The notes beneath the pieces are model-generated. The model was not told the DNA's origin, did not search any database, and saw only the letters and a program-made list of their open reading frames with translations. A program made the position numbers and the translations under genes. A stretch of DNA of 64,000 nt from an uncultured Phycisphaerales bacterium (lineage in GTDB: Bacteria; Planctomycetota; Phycisphaerae; Tepidisphaerales; Tepidisphaeraceae): NCBI GenBank assembly GCA_963844715.1, contig CAWJPJ010000007.1:128001-192000 (forward strand), in the 5' to 3' direction. Shown in pieces: positions 30,208 through 40,068 of this stretch; position 1 is the first letter of the stretch, and the number at the start of each line of letters is the position of its first letter.

Positions 30208-31920
30208 TTATTCCCAATCGCCGTGGCGGCGAGCGACTTTGCCGTCGCGGTTGACCCACAGCATGCGGAAGCCGAAGAAAGCGGCGAACAGATACCCCAT
30301 CAGGCCGAATACGGAAACGCCGTGAATCCGCGGCGGCATGTCGTGGGCGATCAGCACCGCCGACCCGATCAACAGAGAACTGATGAACATCCCCACGACC
30401 ACGCGATTGGCGGCGGATTTGAGATGCTGATGCTCCAGCGAAATCGAAAATTTTCCGCGCTCGAGTCTATCGATTGTGTTCGTGATGGCTTTGGGGATCG
30501 CCTCGGCGGTGCGCTGCCAATCCTGCCAGAGCCGGCGGAAATCCTTCAGGCGCGCTTTCTTGGACAGTCGCATGCGCACGTATTTTTCCCGCCACGGTTC
30601 GAGCAATTCCGCCAGGTTAAATCCGGGGTTGAGCAGGCGGCTGGTTCCCTCGAGCAGCATCAGACATTTAATCAGCATCGAGAAATTCCCCGGCAGGATC
30701 AGGCCGTGCTGATGGAGAATTTCCGTCATGGCGTTGAGCGCGCCGCTGATGTTGAAACTTCCGACGGACTGGACGCCGTAATCCTCGAAGAGTTCGGTTA
30801 GATCGGAACTGAGGGCGTTGCGATTGAGTTCATCGGGCGTGCCGCAGACGCGCAGGACGGCGTCCGTCAGCCGCTGCGCGTCGCGGTCGGCGGCGGCGAG
30901 CAGGATGTCCACGATCTGCCGCCGCGCGTCCTCGTCGATGCGCCCGACCATGCCCGCGTCCAGAAGTCCGATTTTTCCGCCGCGCATGACCACGAAATTG
31001 CCCGGGTGCGGATCGGCATGATAAAATCCGTCGCGGAAAATCATCTCGATAAAAACATTCGCGCCGCGCCGCGCCAGTTCCTCCCGGTCGATCTTCATTT
31101 CTTCCAGGGCCTTGGAGTCGGTCAAGGCGCATCCGCTCAGGCGGCGCATCGTCAGCACGCGCCCTGTTGAAAGCTCGGGATACGGCCGCGGAAAGACGAC
31201 CGTTTCGTCCTTGTCAAAATTCCGCCGGAACGCCTGCAGATTCCGCATCTCGCGGCGGAAATCGAGTTCGTTCAGAAGCATGCGGCTGAATTGGCGGATC
31301 AGTTCCGCCGGCTGGAAGGCGCGCATGCGCTCGTTTTTCTCGGCGATGTCGGCTAGAAATCGCAGGATGTCGAGGTCCCGGCGGATGGTCCCCTCGATGC
31401 CGGGATGTTGGACTTTGACGACGACGTTGCGTCCGTTGCGTAGTTTCGCCCAATGAACCTGCCCGATGGACGCCGACGCCGCGGCGGCGCCCTCAAATTC
31501 GGCGTAACACTCGCTGACCGGCCGGCCCAATTCCGTCTGCACGATTCCCGCCGCGATCTCCGGCGCGTCGGGCGCCCGCCCGCCTGGAGCTTGCTCAATT
31601 CGTCCGCCATCGGCTTGCCGACCAGGTCCGGGCGCGTGCTCAGCATCTGCCCAAGCTTGATGAAGGTCGTCCCAAGATCCGTCAGCGCCAGGCGGAAACG
31701 CGCCTCGAACGGCAGATCGGTCAGCACTTCGCCGGCGTGGCTGCGCAGGGCGTTGTGGATCGGCTCCCATTCGATTTCGGTGAGCCACATGGCCAGACCA
31801 TATTTGGCCAGCACGCGCGCCACTTCCGCGGCGCGGGCCAGATCCCCGGCAAATCGAAACCGGGAACGGATCATCGAGGGTAATTGCATCGCCTGCCCGG
31901 TCGAAGGAACTGAATTTCAT
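30208..31920 (-). CDS. AarF/UbiB (ABC1) atypical kinase family protein (indels)
   Basis: LGTTFIKLGQMLSTRPD, ASASIGQVH, VVKVQ, ELDF, HADPHPGN, DAGMVG and two C-terminal TM helices. Confidence 0.85.
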   Translation of the reverse strand: MKFSSFDRAGDAITLDDPFPVSICRGSGPRRGSGARAGQIWSGHVAHRNRMGADPQRPAQPRRRSADRSAVRGAFPPGADGSWDDLHQAWADAEHAPGPGRQADGGRIEQAPGGRAPDAPEIAAGIVQTELGRPVSECYAEFEGAAAASASIGQVHWAKLRNGRNVVVKVQHPGIEGTIRRDLDILRFLADIAEKNERMRAFQPAELIRQFSRMLLNELDFRREMRNLQAFRRNFDKDETVVFPRPYPELSTGRVLTMRRLSGCALTDSKALEEMKIDREELARRGANVFIEMIFRDGFYHADPHPGNFVVMRGGKIGLLDAGMVGRIDEDARRQIVDILLAAADRDAQRLTDAVLRVCGTPDELNRNALSSDLTELFEDYGVQSVGSFNISGALNAMTEILHQHGLILPGNFSMLIKCLMLLEGTSRLLNPGFNLAELLEPWREKYVRMRLSKKARLKDFRRLWQDWQRTAEAIPKAITNTIDRLERGKFSISLEHQHLKSAANRVVVGMFISSLLIGSAVLIAHDMPPRIHGVSVFGLMGYLFAAFFGFRMLWVNRDGKVARRHGDWE

Positions 31921-31942
31921 CGCCTGCTGATCGCCCGCCGGC

Positions 31943-32239
31943 CTAATTCTTGGGCTTGCGGCGCGTCGCCGGCTTCTTCTTGTCGTTCGTCCCCGCCAAA
32001 TCACGAGCCGCTTCCCGAAGTGCGCCGACGACTTTGGCGACTTCGACATCCATGGCCTTTTGCAGCGTTTTAGCCGCCTTCTGCGAGCGCTGCTGCAACG
32101 TGCGGGCGATGCGTTCCCCTTCCTTCTCGGAAAGATCAGCCTGCTTGGCGAGCTTCTTGCCCAGCTCCTCGACGGACTGCTTTCCCGTGCCGACCAAACC
32201 GATTCCGGTGTAGATGCTCTTGAGGAGAATGTCTTTCAT
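31943..32239 (-). CDS. Phasin-like protein
   Basis: MKDILLKSIYTGIGL..K..VEEL..L...LSEKEG pattern, directly upstream of the UbiB-family gene. Confidence 0.65.
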   Translation of the reverse strand: MKDILLKSIYTGIGLVGTGKQSVEELGKKLAKQADLSEKEGERIARTLQQRSQKAAKTLQKAMDVEVAKVVGALREAARDLAGTNDKKKPATRRKPKN

Positions 32240-32307
32240 GATCTTCAGCTTACCAAGAGGGGGAATCCAAAAGAAGGGGAAACCGGTCTGCGACGGCAAG
32301 ACTAATG

Positions 32308-32427
32308 AACCGCCAAGCCGCCAAGAACGCCAAGATAAATTCCGCCAGGTTAATCTCCCAAAAAATACGGAATCTTTCCTGGCGTCTTAATCTTGGCGTT
32401 CTTGGCGTCGTTGGCGGCTTGGCGGTT
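32308..32427. repeat. Palindromic REP/MITE-like element (CGCCAAG-type), copy 1
   Basis: Arms AACCGCCAAGCCGCCAAGAACGCCAAGA and TCTTGGCG..TTGGCGGCTTGGCGGTT. 32307-32347 is the exact reverse complement of 38702-38742. Confidence 0.85.
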
Positions 32428-32473
32428 GAAAATCGTTCCAGGATTCGAGTCTTCCTGATTTGGGTGCAGCCGC

Positions 32474-33851
32474 TTAAAGATTCGCCATTGCCTGGGACAA
32501 TCGCCGAACGGCGTGGACGGCCATGCCTTTTAGGTTCGGGACATGATCGCCCAGCGGGGGGACGATCGCCTGGGTGATGCCGAGTCTTCCGGCTTCGCGG
32601 AGGCGAAGTTCCAGTTGGGGGACGGAACGGATTTCGCCGCCGAGGCCGAGTTCTCCGACGGCGAGCGTTCCTGCTGCCAGGGGGCGGTTGAGGTGCGCGG
32701 AGGCGATCGCCAGGGCGATCGCCAGATCGACGGCCGGCTCGGGGGTTTTGATTCCGCCGGCGATGTTTACGAAGACGTCGTCCGCGGCCAGGCGCAACTC
32801 GGCGCAGCTTTTCCAGGACGGCCAGGATCATCGCGACGCGGTCGGAGGAGACGCCGCTGGTTTTTCGCTTGGCGGCACCGATGACGCTGGGGGCCGTGAG
32901 AGCCTGGACTTCAACGAGGAGCACGCGCGTCCCCTGCATCGCGGCGGTCACGACCGATCCGCTCGGCGGCCCGGCCTGTCCATACTGCTCCAAGAAAATC
33001 TTCCCCGGCTGAGTCAGCTCCGACAAACCGCTCCCGCTCATCTCGAACAATCCGACTTCGTGCGTCCCGCCAAAGCGATTCTTCGCGCAGCGAACGATGC
33101 GATGGGCGTGAAAACGATCCCCCTCGAAATAGGCGACCGTGTCGACGATATGCTCGATGACCTTCGGGCCCGCGAGCGTGCCGGCCTTGGTGACATGCCC
33201 GACAAGAACGACGGCGGTGCCGCTGGCTTTGGCGAGATAGACCAGGTCCATGCAGCAATCGCGAAGCTGCGTGACCGAACCCGGGGCGGCGGGAATCTGC
33301 GGCTTGTAAATCATCTGGATCGAATCGACGATCGCCACCGCGGGCTTCACCTTGGCGATCTGATGCGTGATCCGCTCGACGTTCGTCTCGGCCAGGACAA
33401 GAAGATCGTCGGATTTAACGCCCAGCCGCCGGGCTCGCAGCGCCGTCTGCCGGGCGGATTCCTCGCTGGTGACGTAAAGAATCTTGGCCGCCGCGTCCCC
33501 ATTGCGGCGGACGCTCATGGCGTGCGCGACTTGCAAAAGCAGTGTCGATTTTCCGATCCCCGGCTCCCCGCCGACGAGCACCACCGACCCCGGCACGATC
33601 CCGCCGCCGAGCACGCGATCGAATTCCGCGATCCCGGTCGCGAGCCTGGGCGTGTGCGCCTCGTCGATCTCCCCAATCGCCACCGGCTCCGCCCCGCGCA
33701 GGGCGTCCGCCGTCGCCGCCCGGGCATCGGGGGCAGGGGGCGTATATGCCTCGAGCGAATCCCACGTCCCGCAATCCGGACATTTCCCGAGCCACTTCGG
33801 ATGCACGCTTCCGCATTGGTTGCAAAGAAATTGGGTGCGCGACTTGGGCAT
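32474..33851 (-). CDS. radA: DNA repair protein RadA/Sms (indel near 32808)
   Basis: CxxC..CxxC Zn finger, GEPGIGKSTL, DSIQ, GHVTK, KNRFG and GELGLGGEIR. Confidence 0.93.
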
Positions 33852-34044
33852 GGGTCTGCATCCTACGCGGCTGTCTCGACGGGCACAAAAATAAATGCAA
33901 CCGCCGAGAATTTTTGGAGCAACGGGTGACAACGTCGGACAAAACTTGACACTTTTGAAGTGATTGGCGATCGGGGCGATTTAGGGCAACTGGGTTGGGG
34001 GTGTTTATTGGGGGTTGAACAGAGGAGAAATTCAATGCGAATTG

Positions 34045-34512
34045 AACCGCCGAGGACCCGCCACGGCGGGTAAACTGGCCGAGAACGCCGAGAAAATGCA
34101 AGCGGATTTTTGGCCACGGATGGGGGACAGATGAACACGGATAAGACGAAGAAGTTGCCGGCTGCCAGTTGTGAGTTGCCAGGTCGATTCTTTATCGGTG
34201 TGAATCTGTGCCCAAACTGTGGCAATAGATTCTGTACGCTCTGCGTCTGTCCCGCCACGGGCGGTTTTCAACTCTGTGTCTCGGCGTCTCTGCGGTAAAA
34301 CTTCCCTGCGGATTAAAAGGCATTTTTCACCGCGGAGATCGCCGAGAACGCGGAGAATTCAAAACCGGAATTCGAAAGCTTGGTTAAATCCCCATCCGCG
34401 CAATCCGTGGTTAAAAAGAATTTTGACCGCGGATTTCACGGATGGGCACGGATGAATAAGCAAATAGTTGATTTCTCCGCGTCTTCCTCTGCGCCTCGGT
34501 GTCTCTGCGGTT
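34045..34512. repeat. Two adjacent nested palindromic composite elements
   Basis: 34045-34296 and 34328-34512 each have an outer CGC(C/G)GAG-type inverted repeat enclosing a CACGGAT/CGGAT-type one. The first has a TTGCCAG-like 7-mer core at 34155-34182. Confidence 0.8.
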
Positions 34513-34575
34513 ACATTTTGAACCCGAAATCTAGCGAATAACGCCCGGGCTGCGTATACTTTCGGCCAGTCCGCC

Positions 34576-34656
34576 GCCAGGTGGCGGAATTGGCAGACGC
34601 ACTACTTTGAGGTGGTAGCGCCGAGAGGCGTGCAGGTTCAAATCCTGTCCTGGGCA
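34576..34656 (+). tRNA. tRNA-Leu (GAG)
   Basis: D-arm GGCGGAATTGGCAGACGC, anticodon stem-loop CTACT-TTGAGGT-GGTAG, long variable arm and T-loop TTCAAAT. The 5' acceptor strand appears one C short (GCCAGG versus 3' CCTGGGC). A -10 TATACT lies at 34555-34560. Confidence 0.92.
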
Positions 34657-35013
34657 TTCAGCAAATCAATCAGTCCGGAACGCCGAACGATTCATTCGCC
34701 GCCACCGGGCGACTCGAGTCCCCGTCACTCCCGCTTCTACGATCCGCTCATCTAAATGACGGATGATGACGCACTAAACTAAACTGTCGAGCGCTCATCC
34801 ATTCGCTCAATTCCTGCCTGCGCAGCCGCTTTAGACCGCATAAAGGTAATAGCCGTCATCAAACACCCCGGCGAAATCCATAACTGCCACCAGCAGTGAG
34901 TGTAGTCCATTGCTGGTTTCTCCGAATCGGAAACAGGGGAACTTCGCTCCCTTAATGGCTGCTCACTTACAAAATGCGGAGCGCGGTCAATCCAGTGCGG
35001 GGGAATTTGCCTT

Positions 35014-36267
35014 ATGAATTGTCGAAACAAATGGCCCATGGTTGCTGTGATAGTTCTCGCGCTTGCGACGACTCGCGACGGGCTGGCGTCCGGGCCAGAC
35101 GGTGCGGCCAATGCGCCCGTTGCAGTTCAAGCGCCGGCGACAAAGCCTTCGGTACTAGCCGCCGATCGATTGGATCAGCAGGCTGCACGGAGTCCGGCCG
35201 ACGCTTTACGTGTAGGGCTCGCGTATTACAACGGAACGGACGGCGTGAATCAGGACTACGAAACAGCGATGGTCTATTTCTGCAGGGCGGCAGACGCAGG
35301 TAACGCAGAGGCGATGAACGGCATTGGGTTTCTCTACGACGATGGCCAAGGCGTAGCGCAGGACTTTCGGGAGGCCATGGCCTGGTATCGCAAGGCCGCC
35401 GACGCTGGCAATCCGGACGCGATGACCAACATCGGCCTGCTCTATGATGTAGGTCATGGCGTTGCGCAGGACTACCATCAGGCAATGTACTGGTTCCAGC
35501 GGGCCGCCGACGCGGGCAGCGCGCGGGCGATGGCCGACATCGGATTTCTGAACGAGCAAGGCCATGGGGTTCCGCAGGACTATGCGAAAGCATTAGGTTG
35601 GTATCAAAAGGCGGCCGACGCGGGGGACACGGACGCGATGTGCGCCGCGGGCATCATGTACCAACGCGGCGTGGAAATTCCTCAGGATTACTCTAAGGCT
35701 ATGAGTTGGTTCCGCAGGGCCGCCGATGCCGGGGACGCTGACGCGATGTGCGAAACCGGACTCATGTACGAAAACGGCTGGGGCTTTCGACAGGATTATT
35801 CACAGGCAATGCAATGGTACCGCAAGGGCGCCGACGCTGGAGACGCGTGGGCGATGACCACCATTGGTTGGCTGTACGACAGCGGCCGAGTTGCGCCACC
35901 CGACTACCAGGGGGCCTTGGACTGGTATCTCAAGGCCGCCGACTTAGGGGATCCGGTGGCTATGAACAATATTGGTGTCCTCTACGATGACGGACACGGC
36001 GTTGTACAGGACCACGAGCGGGCAATGGCGTGGTACCGCAAGGCCGCCGCGCTCGGTGTCGAGAATGCCAAGGAGCGTCTGAGTCAATTAGACTCTGTGT
36101 CGCAAATTCCTGAGCAGGTGCCAGCGTCGCAGAACCCTCCTGTTGCCGAAAACGGATCTTACTACGGAGAGATCAGCGAACGAACGGGCCTGCCGCGAAC
36201 GATCTATGTGAACGGGTACTACCGGCAAGATGGAACCTACGTGCGCGGCTATTACCGCAGCCCATAG
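35014..36267 (+). CDS. Secreted Sel1-like repeat protein with C-terminal GYYRxDGTYVRGYYRS module
   Basis: Signal peptide and about eight A...G..Y..G.GV.QDY..A..W..KAADAG repeats. Confidence 0.9.
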   Translation: MNCRNKWPMVAVIVLALATTRDGLASGPDGAANAPVAVQAPATKPSVLAADRLDQQAARSPADALRVGLAYYNGTDGVNQDYETAMVYFCRAADAGNAEAMNGIGFLYDDGQGVAQDFREAMAWYRKAADAGNPDAMTNIGLLYDVGHGVAQDYHQAMYWFQRAADAGSARAMADIGFLNEQGHGVPQDYAKALGWYQKAADAGDTDAMCAAGIMYQRGVEIPQDYSKAMSWFRRAADAGDADAMCETGLMYENGWGFRQDYSQAMQWYRKGADAGDAWAMTTIGWLYDSGRVAPPDYQGALDWYLKAADLGDPVAMNNIGVLYDDGHGVVQDHERAMAWYRKAAALGVENAKERLSQLDSVSQIPEQVPASQNPPVAENGSYYGEISERTGLPRTIYVNGYYRQDGTYVRGYYRSP

Positions 36268-36410
36268 GACGTCTTTCAGCTAGCCTTGGGCTCGGGGCCT
36301 ACCTTGTGAGTCGGTTTTGGTTGTCAACGGTGGTTATGGGCGCTTATTCGCCCAATGCGACCACGATTTGCCTGCTTGATTCTGTAGGAAACGGCGTAAG
36401 GGGCTTGGTC

Positions 36411-37095
36411 ATGTCACAGTTTTCAAGCGCACGAGAACACGGCGACCACCATCGGGATTACCTTGTTACCGATAAATGCTCGATGTCGCGGCTTCTCGCA
36501 ACTTGGCACATTGAAGACCTCCAAGTCTTCAATGCTACGTTGGAACGGTTCATCGCGGCGGAGGACCAGCGAATCGCGTCCACGTACGACGGTCCGCCGG
36601 AAGATTATGATGGCTGGTGGATCCAAGACATCGTCGGAAATAACCTTAGGCGTGCGTTCGTGTGTGCATGCATGGACGCAACTTCCTTCCATCTAAACCT
36701 CCTTTGCCAAAATGTGGCAGTTATCGCTCGGAGGGAATCGCCCGACCTAACAAGGGAGTCTGTGAAAAGGGCGCAGGGGATTCTTGGACCAAGTGGGCTT
36801 CGACAAATCCTTATCGAATGCTTGGAACGAGATAGATGCACTTTACACGTTGCGGAACATCTTCGTCCACGCATCCGGAATTATTTCTAAACAGCGAGAT
36901 GGACAAAAAATTAATTGGTTAATCAAGACTAGGTCCCCGCCGGGAATAGCAATTCAGGACGAATCGATCGAGTTAGATCCGAAGTTCACGGCGTACGTCT
37001 CTCGCCAGGTCGAAGCCTTTTTCAGGTTGCTGCACACCGAATTGGAAAAACTTTGTGAGAAGAGCGAAACCGGCCAACCCAAGGAAACGACGTGA
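36411..37095 (+). CDS. Putative HEPN-domain protein (one extra G near 36778)
   Basis: Joining the two frames gives about 227 aa with the RNxxxH motif LRNIFVH. AT-richer codons than the core genes. Confidence 0.55.
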
Positions 37096-37328
37096 GAGAT
37101 CGACATAGCCGAAGTCGGTTCTCGCTTAAATTCAAGCCCAATTCGGTCGTCTAAATTTGGAGCAGAACGATCGGTGCCGTAACGATGCTTCGTGTGTCTG
37201 AGCTAGTCAGGCTCAAAACGAAACCGCCATAGTCATTTCCCTCCCCCCGGCGCCGCGTAATGCGCAGTCATTTTCTTAGAGACGACTGTTTTCGTGATTA
37301 AGAAAATGCGACCGAATAGGAAAATCAT

Positions 37329-38539
37329 TCAAAACGAAACCGTAAAAGTCACTTCCCCGCCGGGCGCCGTGTAATGGGCGCGAAATCGCCCAAAAATCCC
37401 GCCCTTAGCATGGCATACCGGCTCAGGTCCACGCCTGCGCCGCCGAAGGCGGTCCAGTAGTTGGGGATGGCTGCGTGGTGGAGGAAATTGCTGTAGGCAG
37501 CTCCGCCGTCGATGAACCAGGGGGAGCCGAGGATTTGCCAGGAGACGTCGCCGCCGTTTTTGACGATCCACTGATCGATGGGGACGTCGAAGTTGTAGTC
37601 GTCGACGTGGACGGCGGCGTTGCCGATGTAGTCGGCCTGATCGGCGAGGGTGAAGGTGAGGTCGCCGGTGCGGAGGGAGAGGCTGCTGGTGCCGCCGCCG
37701 CCGACGAGGAGGGTGCCGACGGCCTGGTCGTAGCTGGCGGAAAGGCCAATGAATCCCCACGGCGTGATTTGCCAGCGGAGGCCGGAATCGGTCCCCTGGC
37801 GGGGGATGATGGTGATGGGGATGCCGAGATTTTGCCCGACGGTGTAGACCTCGCTGCTGGAGACGGAGCGGTAGAGGAATGCGGTGTCGGTCGCGATGGC
37901 GACCGAGCCATTGATGTCCCATTGACTGCCGATGTCGAAATTCGCGAAGTTGCCGTCGAATCCTTCGGCGCGGCTGGTTCCGCCGCCGCCGTCGATGGTG
38001 AACTGACTGTTATGGTCGGGGTCCTGCATCTGGCCGGTTTGAGTGGCCAGAAGCCCGTAATGATTGAAGGCGTCGTCGGCGAGATAGGCCGTGGAAGACT
38101 GCGGATTTCCGTCGATGGCGGCGACGGCGGACTCTTTGTCGATCGCCAGGATCAGCTGCGAATAGGCGCTCTCGCCGTCGCTTTCGACGAAGTCCTTGAT
38201 CTGGGTTTGGAGATCGGAGGCGCTGGCGCCGGTGAAGGTTTTGGTGAAACCGGTCAGGGGGATGGAGAGGGTCGCTTGCGTTTGGCTGGGGTTTTCGGTG
38301 AAGACGACGGCGCTGGGGACGCCGCCGTAATTGACTGACGCCGAGAATCCCTGCCCGGCCAGGGCGGCGAACTGCTGCTGCTCGTTGATGAGATTATTCG
38401 CCAGGTTGATGATGTTGGAGCCGCCGGCGGTGACGGTGGCTCCGGAGCCGCCCATCGCGTCGACCGAAAAGAAATCCGCCGCCCGCGCCGCCGGCGCGGC
38501 CAGGGCGAGCGCCGCGGCGAAGATTGCTTTTTTCATCAT
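37329..38539 (-). CDS. Secreted, probable outer-membrane beta-barrel protein (indel near 37380)
   Basis: Signal peptide MKKAIFAAALALAAPAARA and alternating aromatic beta strands. The corrected C-terminus EVTFTVSF ends in Phe. Confidence 0.65.
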
Positions 38540-38627
38540 GCACGGATTTTCATTGCTTACGGCGTGGATGGCAATGCCGATTTTTTTGTGAATTTTTGCG
38601 CGGCTCGCTGGTTCTGGAAGATGGTTA

Positions 38628-38741
38628 AACCGCCAAGCCGCCGAGGACGCCAAGATCAAAACGCCAAGAAAAACAGAATTGAAATTTTGCCGCTATTAAG
38701 GTGGCGGAATTTATCTTGGCGTTCTTGGCGGCTTGGCGGTT
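38628..38741. repeat. Palindromic REP/MITE-like element (CGCCAAG-type), copy 2, inverted relative to copy 1
   Basis: 41-nt exact match to the reverse complement of 32307-32347. Lies immediately 3' of hemL. Confidence 0.85.
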
Positions 38742-38744
38742 CGT

Positions 38745-40062
38745 TTACGAATTGAGTGAGCGCAGGCGCGTTTCGGGCGGCTTCGATTGTGCGGGAGATG
38801 TGCTGGTCTTCGTGGGCGAGGCCGACGAACCATGCCTCGAATTGGCTCGGGGGGAGATAGATCCCCTGCTCGAGCATGGCGTGGAAAAAGCGGGCGTAGG
38901 CGGCGGTGTCGGAGGCGGTTGCCTGGGTGAAATTCGTGACGGGGTCACCGGCTTTGCGAACGAAGAAGGGCGTGAGCATTGAGCCGACGCGATTGACCGC
39001 CAGGGGCACGCCGGCTTCGTCTGCCGCGGCGCGCAGGCCTTGGGCGAGGGCATCGCCGCGCTTTTCGAGAATGTCGTAGGCTCTCGGCTCGCTTAGGATT
39101 TCCAAAGTGGCCAGGCCGGCGCTGGTGGCCAGGGGATTTCCGCTGAGGGTTCCGGCCTGGTAGACGTCGCCCGCGGGGCTGATCCGCTCCATGAATTTGC
39201 TTGATCCCCCGTAGGCGCCGACCGGCAGGCCGCCGCCGATGATTTTTCCGAGGCAGGTCAGATCGGCCGCGACTCCGTACAAACCCTGCGCGGAATTCCA
39301 TCCGACGCGGAAGCCGGTCATCACTTCGTCGAGAACCAGAAGTGCTCCTGTCTCATCGCAAAGTTTTCGCAAGCCCGCCAGATACCCCGGCGCCGGAGGC
39401 ACGACCCCCATGTTTCCCGCGACCGGCTCGACGAGGAAACAAGCCAGCTCGCGCGGATGCGCGGCGAAGATTTTTTCCGTCGCTTCCAGATCGTTGTAAG
39501 GGGCGAGCACCGTCAGCGCGGCCAGGGGGGCGGGAATTCCGGGACTGGAGGGTGTGCCGAGTGTCAGCGCGCCGCTACCGGCCTGGACGAGGAGCGAATC
39601 GGAATGCCCGTGATAACCGCCGACGCATTTGGCGATTTTTTCGCGGCCGGTGACGGCGCGGGCGAGCCGGATCGCGCTCATGACGGCCTCGGTGCCGCTG
39701 TTGACGAATCGCAGCATCTGGATGGAGGGAATCGCCGAGATGATTTTTTCCGCCAGTTGCGTTTCCAGTTCCGTCGGCGCGGCGAAACTCGTCCCGCACC
39801 CCAGCGCCTTGCTGACGGCCGCGACGACGCGCTGGTGGGCGTGGCCGACAATGAGCGGCCCGTAGCTGGCGACAAAGTCGATATACGAATTCCCGTCCAG
39901 ATCGGTGACGCTGCACCCTGACGCTTCGCGAATGAACGGCGGCGTCCCGCCGACGGCCTTAAAAGCGCGCACCGGCGAGGAGACGCCCCCGGGCATGACC
40001 CGGCTGGCGCGCGTAAACGCCGACTGCGATCGCGATGTTTTGCTGGTTTTGCCGGCGCCCAT
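38745..40062 (-). CDS. hemL: Glutamate-1-semialdehyde 2,1-aminomutase
   Basis: PGGVSSPVRAF, RFVNSGTEA, YHGHSD, DEVMTGFR, LGKIIGGGLP and QAGTLSGNP. The likely true stop is TAA at 38745 after an indel near 38767. Confidence 0.95.
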
Positions 40063-40068
40063 TGGAAT

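Noticed and set aside
33946..33975. Sigma70 promoter from the perfect TTGACA
   Set aside because: No acceptable -10 hexamer at 16-18 nt spacing.
34045..34512. CRISPR array
   Set aside because: The repeats are inverted, degenerate and nested, not identical direct repeats with uniform spacers. No cas genes are present.
34779..35111. Minus-strand ORF after tRNA-Leu
   Set aside because: It overlaps the Sel1 gene start, has no motif and has atypical composition, so I cannot support it.
34657..37330. Integrative element or prophage at tRNA-Leu
   Set aside because: I found no integrase and no duplicated tRNA 3' end. Only compositional evidence supports an islet.
37213..37379. Diversity-generating retroelement TR/VR pair
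   Set aside because: Differences are not confined to adenines of the putative template, there is an indel, and no reverse transcriptase lies in the window.
38656..38744. C-terminal extension of HemL
   Set aside because: It reads through the palindromic repeat. A one-base correction gives a stop at 38745 immediately before the repeat.
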